Program-made: the position numbers and the translations under genes
The notes under the pieces: model-generated
Told to the model about the DNA's origin: nothing
The model's input: the letters and a program-made list of their open reading frames with translations, nothing else
The model's database searches: none
In this document: piece after piece, positions 57,950 through 64,000 of the stretch
How positions within the stretch are numbered: the first letter of the stretch is position 1
Layout of the letters: each line of letters begins with the position of its first letter
Assembly (NCBI GenBank): GCA_013265495.1
Contig: MU058384.1
Location: 6,196,792 to 6,260,791 of the forward strand
From: Vicugna vicugna
Taxonomy: Eukaryota
Length of the DNA stretch: 64,000 nucleotides
Direction: 5' to 3'

Positions 57950-60070
57950 CAATTGTTAGTGACAAATTTTTATCTTTAAATGGTTATATAAGAAAAGGAA
58001 AAGAGTTGAAAATCTGTGATCTATGTTGCCACCTTAAGAAACTAGAGAAAGAAAAGCAACTGAACCCAAAGTAAGTAGAAGGAAGGAAACAGTAAAGGCA
58101 GAAATTACTGACACAGAAAATCTATGAGTAAAGATGGTTTAAAAATTCCAAAGATGATCATTAGAGATACCAAAGATATTAAATAAGGAATATTATAAAA
58201 CATTATGCCAAATAACTTAATAGTTTAGATAAAACCAGATTTTCTTGAAAGACACAAACTATAAAAACTTATAAAAACTGTCCTATATCAATTAAAGACA
58301 TTGAATTCATAACTAAACACACACACAAAAAAACCCTCCATGGCCATACGGTTTCATCAGTGAATGCCACAAACATCTAAGGAAAACTAGTAACAATCTT
58401 TCATAAATTCTTCTAGGAAAAAAAGAAAGTGAGGTAACATTTTTCACTCCATTGCATGAGACCAGAATTACCCTGATCCAAAACCTGCCAAAGGCAATTC
58501 CAAGAAAAGAAAATTATGGATCTCTACTTCTCATGAACATAGATGAAAAAATACTTTAAAATATTATTAAATAAAATCCAGCAATAAAAAAGGTAATACA
58601 TGATGCCCAGGTGTGTCTTATCCCAAGAATTCAAGGTTGAATTAACACTTGAAAACCAATAAACGTAATTCAATATATTAACAATATGCTTTCAATGGGT
58701 GTAAAAAACATTTGCCAATATCCATTACCCATTCATGATGCAACTCTTAGCAAACTAGGAAAAGAAGCATGTTCCTCCCATGTGATAAAAACCATTCTTA
58801 AGAAATCTACATTCTACATCTTATTTAATGATGAAACACTTAATTATTTCTAAGATCAGAACTAAGGCAAGGAAATCTGGTTTTTCCACTTCAATGCAAC
58901 ATTTTAATGGCACTCTTAGCCAGTGCAAAAAGACAAAAACAAATACATAAAAGGGGTGAAGCTTAGGAAGAAAAATTGTTAATTAACAAATAACATAATT
59001 GTTTATGTAAAAATTTCAGAGAAATCCATAAAAAAAAAACTCTACCAGAACTAATGAATGAATTTACCAAAATTACAAGTGAAAGGGCCTTGCCAATAGT
59101 AAGTAAAAACATGAACCAAAAATATCTGAAATTCCAGTCAATGCCTCTCTAATTCAAATACTGAACTCCCAAAACTGACTGCTCAGGAAGTTGGAAGTCG
59201 GGCTATTCACGGTCCCACTCCAGCTCAGCTCAACTCCAAGACGACTCTGAATGCTCTCTTTCACTGCCAGCTGGAGCAAAGGACTCTTTGGGAAATAAAA
59301 CAAATACCATGCTCTGTCTCTACTAAGTCTTTGTATATAATGTTCAAAATGACTTCCTGAGTCATAAAAAGCAGCAGGAAAATACGACCCACAGTGGAGA
59401 GAAAACACAGTAAATAGAAGCAGACCTGTACATGACTCGGGTTTTGGAATTGGCAGACAAGGATTTTAAAACTATTGTATATATACGAAATAACTTGTAG
59501 GAAAAGATACACACACAAGGCATATACATATAAGTATGCCACATACATAAATATAGTCATATATGCCAGATGTGCATGTTCTATATACATTTTATATTTC
59601 CACATAACACATATAATTATGCATATGACATGAAAATATTATATCTATATAATACTTGTTCTATATTGTACATAGAAAAATAAAACTTGAAAAATGACCA
59701 AATAGAAATTCTAGAATGAAAATTATAATATATTAAATAAAAACATTCTTAGAGTGGACACTGACCCCCAAAATCAGTAAACCTGAAGTTGGGCCAATAG
59801 AAATTACCCAAACTGAAGCAGAAAGACCAAAAAATGGAGGAAAATACTGAATCAAGTATAAGTAACCTGGGGAATATTATCAGAAAGCAAGAAAGGGAAT
59901 GAGACAAAATAATTTTGAAATAAATAATGGCCAAATTTTTTTCCAAATTTGATGAAAAGCATCAACTCATAGAGCCCTAAAACACAATAAATGAGAAAAA
60001 GAAAACTAAGCCTTAGGTACATTATAGTCAAATTCTTGGAATAAAGGGAACGCTTTATAGCAACCAGACA
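57950..60070 (+). mobile_element. Degraded old L1 fragments (ORF2-like 57950-59090; 5'/ORF1-like 59300-60070)
   Basis: ccaccttaagaaactagagaaagaa, tcccaagaattcaaggttg, aataatggccaaatttttttccaaatttgatgaaa. Confidence 0.72.
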
Positions 60071-60929
60071 AAAAAGACATAAAGGAGACTGGTAGGACCC
60101 CCCAAAAGCATTATCTATAGCACGCTCCTGATAACAGGCTTGATTACAGTAAACGATGAAAGCTGGTGATTTTATTTCCTCCCACTGAACCCACCCAACA
60201 TAAAATGTTTCAACTGAATTGAACAAATGGATGATTGCTTATTACATACAAAACACTGTCCCAGGTGTTAGGATCGCTGACTGGGGAAACCATGGCCCTA
60301 CCCTCAAGGAGTTTATGATCTGCTTTCTAGCAGATCCTGTGCACTGAAAATAAAGTACATTAAGTCTGGGTGAAACAGACAGAAATCAGTGTGAACTTAG
60401 AGTCTGGGGAATTTTCTCAGAAGTTCTTAGCTGGGTTTTGATGATTTCAAAGGTGGGGTCCTGGGGGAAGCATCTGGTTGGTGGTATTACTGAAGCTGCA
60501 AGGTAGCTAAACTACGTGCAAGATGAGGAAGCAAAGAAAATCAGTCAGAAGTGAAAGGAAGGAGCCCACACCACAGAGGAGCAAGAATATGTTGCTCTTG
60601 TGAAACGAAACAAAAATAGCCTTGGTAACTTACATTCCAGTTTCCAGAAAACCAAAATGCAATTATCCGATGGTTAAGCCCCCTTTGCTTGAATTTATTT
60701 TACTGAGTTGATATTTGCTACAATTCATATTACAATTCACAGGGCCTTTAGAGAACAGACATGCATTATTGCTACAAACTATACAGCAAGAATATTTCTA
60801 TACTTTATTTTGTATGTTTTTAAATTGACTCTTAAACTTCAGATTCTTTTTCAAATCTAGCTTATATAAATATAATATATAAAATATAAACTTTACCTTA
60901 GAGTTCAACACCAGAAAATGATGAAAAGA

Positions 60930-61170
60930 TACCAGTTTTTACTGAGTACGTATGCTTGGTACTTCAAATATATTCTCTCTGTTAATCTCTATCACACACT
61001 GATATGCAAATTATTTTCCATACTCTATAGGTGAGAAAATTGACGCTTAAAGAAGATATACAGCATGTCCCAGACTACGTGGGTATGAAGTAGCAGCCCC
61101 AAGAATCTGAACTCATGTCTATTTGATGCCAGAACCGAGGTTCCTTCTGTCACACACTGCATATTACCCA
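60930..61170 (-). mobile_element. MIR relic
   Basis: ttactgagtacgtatg...ataggtgagaaaattgacgctta...gaatctgaactcatgtct. Confidence 0.6.
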
Positions 61171-63579
61171 TTTTCTAAAGTGACTAATCTTTTTCACCCT
61201 GGGAAATCACAGTCAGGAATGAATAACCCTGCAATAAAACATTTTGAATGGTTTTCAAAAATTACTAAACTCAATGTAAGCATCTACTCTGGCAAAACTA
61301 CATTACCTTGTTTAAAGGGGACCACTTTTTTCCTTCCAAGATACCATTTTCAACCCACTTTTTTAAAGTAGTCCTTATGTCATTAGGCCATGTGAATACT
61401 AGCCTCTATTTGGACGATACAAAAAATGAACTTATCTATAAGCACAAAAACTCATCAAAAAGAAAAGAGAGAAGACTTTCGGGTCACAGGAAGCTGTTTG
61501 CTTGTTTTTTGTCTGTAATTCTTCTGTAGCACAGGCAGAATTTATTTCTAGCAGACTTAAGTATCCTCTTCAATCCCAAGGAAGAGCTCACTCTATATCT
61601 GTCATTTCAGAGTCTACAGTAACTCAAAAACCATGATTCCTTCTACACTGAGCCTGGTAATGAGTCAGAGCCTGTTTATTTACAGGGTGAGATTCCATCA
61701 ATTCTTCATGATTCAAGAAATCCAAAAGAATCCTAGACATTCAAAGGCATTCACCCTCGTGCCAGCTTTTCTCTTTACGTAAGTTGGACAGTATGTATGC
61801 ATGGCTCTATGTCCCACACTTTCAGAGTCTACCTTAACTAGCCAGTTTCCATTTTGACCATCAGAATGTGTTTAAGGGCAACAGTTCGGGTATTTTCTTT
61901 GCTCATAGCTCCTTTTCTATGTAATATAAACCATTTCATTCTCCTTGGCTAGAAAATAAGAATAACAAAATCAGATTCTACTTAAATAACTGGAGTGCAG
62001 GCTCCAATTAGGGCAAGGGTTATTTTCTCATTTTGTTCATTGTTTTTTTCCTCTACATTCAGAATTGTGCAGGGTACTTGGTGAGCGCTAAGGATGAACA
62101 ATAAAATAGGGATGGGACAAATGGCAAATGCTGATGAACTGATTTGAGTTACTTGGAGTCAAGTGTACTCTGGTTCAGCAAACACTGCTTGAGTATCCAC
62201 TATGTTCTAGGGACACTTCTAGGAATCCACAGATTATCTTTCGAGAGCGGGGAGGTAAGTGGGAGAGCAAGGCGACAGGTGGAGGGAGGCGAGGATCAGG
62301 TCTCTGATGTGAATGTGTGTGGAAGGTTTCATAGCTGCATGTGCAGCGTTAGATCTCCCAGATGAGTGAGGTGCGTGTGCGTGTGTGTGAGCAGGTGCAA
62401 GGGGTGAGGAGGAAGATGCTCTGCATGGATACAGAAAACCACTGTGGAAGAAAAAAACACAATAAAGAGACTTGGTCAACTTAGATCATGTGAAAGTCGT
62501 GGGCATGGCACTACCAGGTACCAATTCCCATTCTCTGGGAGAAGCACATCAGGTAGCAACGGCAGGCCATCTTAAACCCACCCATTCCGTATCAGGAGCC
62601 AAGAAACCCTTGTCCCTGCTGCAGCCCTGAGCCAGTTTCTCCCCTGGCAGTTAGGCTAGGAGATGGAGATGCTCTCTGCCCCACGGTGCCTATGTCACTG
62701 ATGAGGTGAACAGAGAGTCCCAGAAGAAGGCCCTCACTAACCCATTCCACCAGACCTCGTCAGAACTGGGCTCTGCTGCAGAGAAAAGGTAATGCAGGCA
62801 GAGGACCCCTGACAATAAGGATCAGGGAAATGGGCCGTGGATAATGGGAACTGTTCTTGCAATTGGCCAGTGACCTCATGCCTGTCCCTGAGGCCAGCCT
62901 GAATGCTTGTAGTGCAAGTGACCTGCCTGCCAGAGTGACCTCAGGCCTTGCAGGAACAGCAAATAAAGCCCTGGACACACTGTTCTCTGGACACTTTTAT
63001 AGTCCTTCCTTTCCAGGGCTTCCTTAAGCTCCAGTCCTGCAGCTCTGGCCCTCCCCTCACTATCAGTCTAACAGATTATTCAGATAAAACAGTCTCCCCA
63101 CCCAAGAAATGTTAGTAAATATTTTCTAAACGTATCTGTAAAGAATTTCTCTAAATTTAGGCTTCCAGAGTACTCCCAACCTACGTCGAAAACAAGGAGA
63201 AAAAACCCCAATGAATTCTCCAAGCATTATTTGAATAATACAGGACTCAAGTTTCTGCTAGATCAGTTACAAACCAAGGTTAATGAGGCAGGAAATTATT
63301 CCCCTCCAGCGAGCAGAAGAATAAAGCCATCAGGCCACAATCAAAACATCTACTGCCATTAATTATACCAAGAAATATACAGACTCTTTTCTAAGGGAAA
63401 AACTCTACTAATAAGGATCAAACATTTTACTGGGTGAATGAATGAGCATTCTTCAATGCTAGAATGAATTTAAGAAAGGAAAGCATTAGCATAATATACC
63501 AAACAAAGAAGGTTCTTTATGAAAATGATGGAATTGCGGAGTCTCGAGGGATGTTCAAAGCCCTCGAATGCAAAAATAC

Positions 63580-63800
63580 CACTCTACGTGCAAGGCTGTG
63601 AGTGCAGCGTTAAGGGCCTGTACCACAGGCTGAAACCTGGGGTTTAAACTCCATCTCTACCCATTCACCAGTCACTGGACGTTAGGCTCAAAAATGCAGG
63701 TAATGATACCCACTGGAGGGTTACTGAGTGAATTAAGAACACACACAAATTGCACAGAATTTGGCACACAGTGTATCTTAAGTGTTAGTTCTTACTACAG
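63580..63800 (+). mobile_element. MIR relic
   Basis: gcagcgttaagggc...cctggggtttaaactcc...cacagaatttggcacacagtg. Confidence 0.6.
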
Positions 63801-64000
63801 TCACTTCTACAATACTGTCGATAAATGCCTGATTTGTCTGTTTGAAAATCTGCAGTATTAAGAAAATCATTCTAAGAGAGCCCATTTCATTTCAGTTCAC
63901 TCTTATTAGTAGTAAGTCTTTTATACATGCTTTCTATGCAACTTTGGTCCTGGAAGAAATTAACCCATTGACATGGTTCAAATATCAGAGAGGGATGTCC

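Noticed and set aside
62520..62990. Possible old ERVL/MaLR LTR (GC-richer, ggccatctt, AATAAA at ~62962)
   Set aside because: The ends and family could not be established by eye.

Overview
This is AT-rich mammalian genomic DNA lying entirely inside the EYA4 (eyes absent homolog 4) gene, which is on the minus strand. I traced 14 consecutive coding exons (exons 4-17 in human numbering, 1,533 nt). All have GT-AG boundaries and consistent phases. They encode the S/P/T/Y-rich N-terminal region and most of the HAD-family EYA phosphatase domain, with an intact WDLDET motif. The start codon lies beyond the right edge and the last exons beyond the left edge. tRNA-derived SINEs resembling camelid Vic-1 suggest a camelid (inference). 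The introns contain a near full-length decayed Tigger2-type transposon, an ERV1/MER41-like solo LTR, many L1 3' ends, hAT MITEs (MER5/20/3/33/58/91-like), MIR/L2 relics and microsatellites. I found no convincing novel biological system. The best leads are candidate alternative splice sites in EYA4, a chimeric TSD-flanked L1 insertion carrying about 200 bp of non-L1 DNA, a hairpin with a duplicated arm, and SIX/MEF3 motifs. Repeat family names and human comparisons are from memory, not from database searches.
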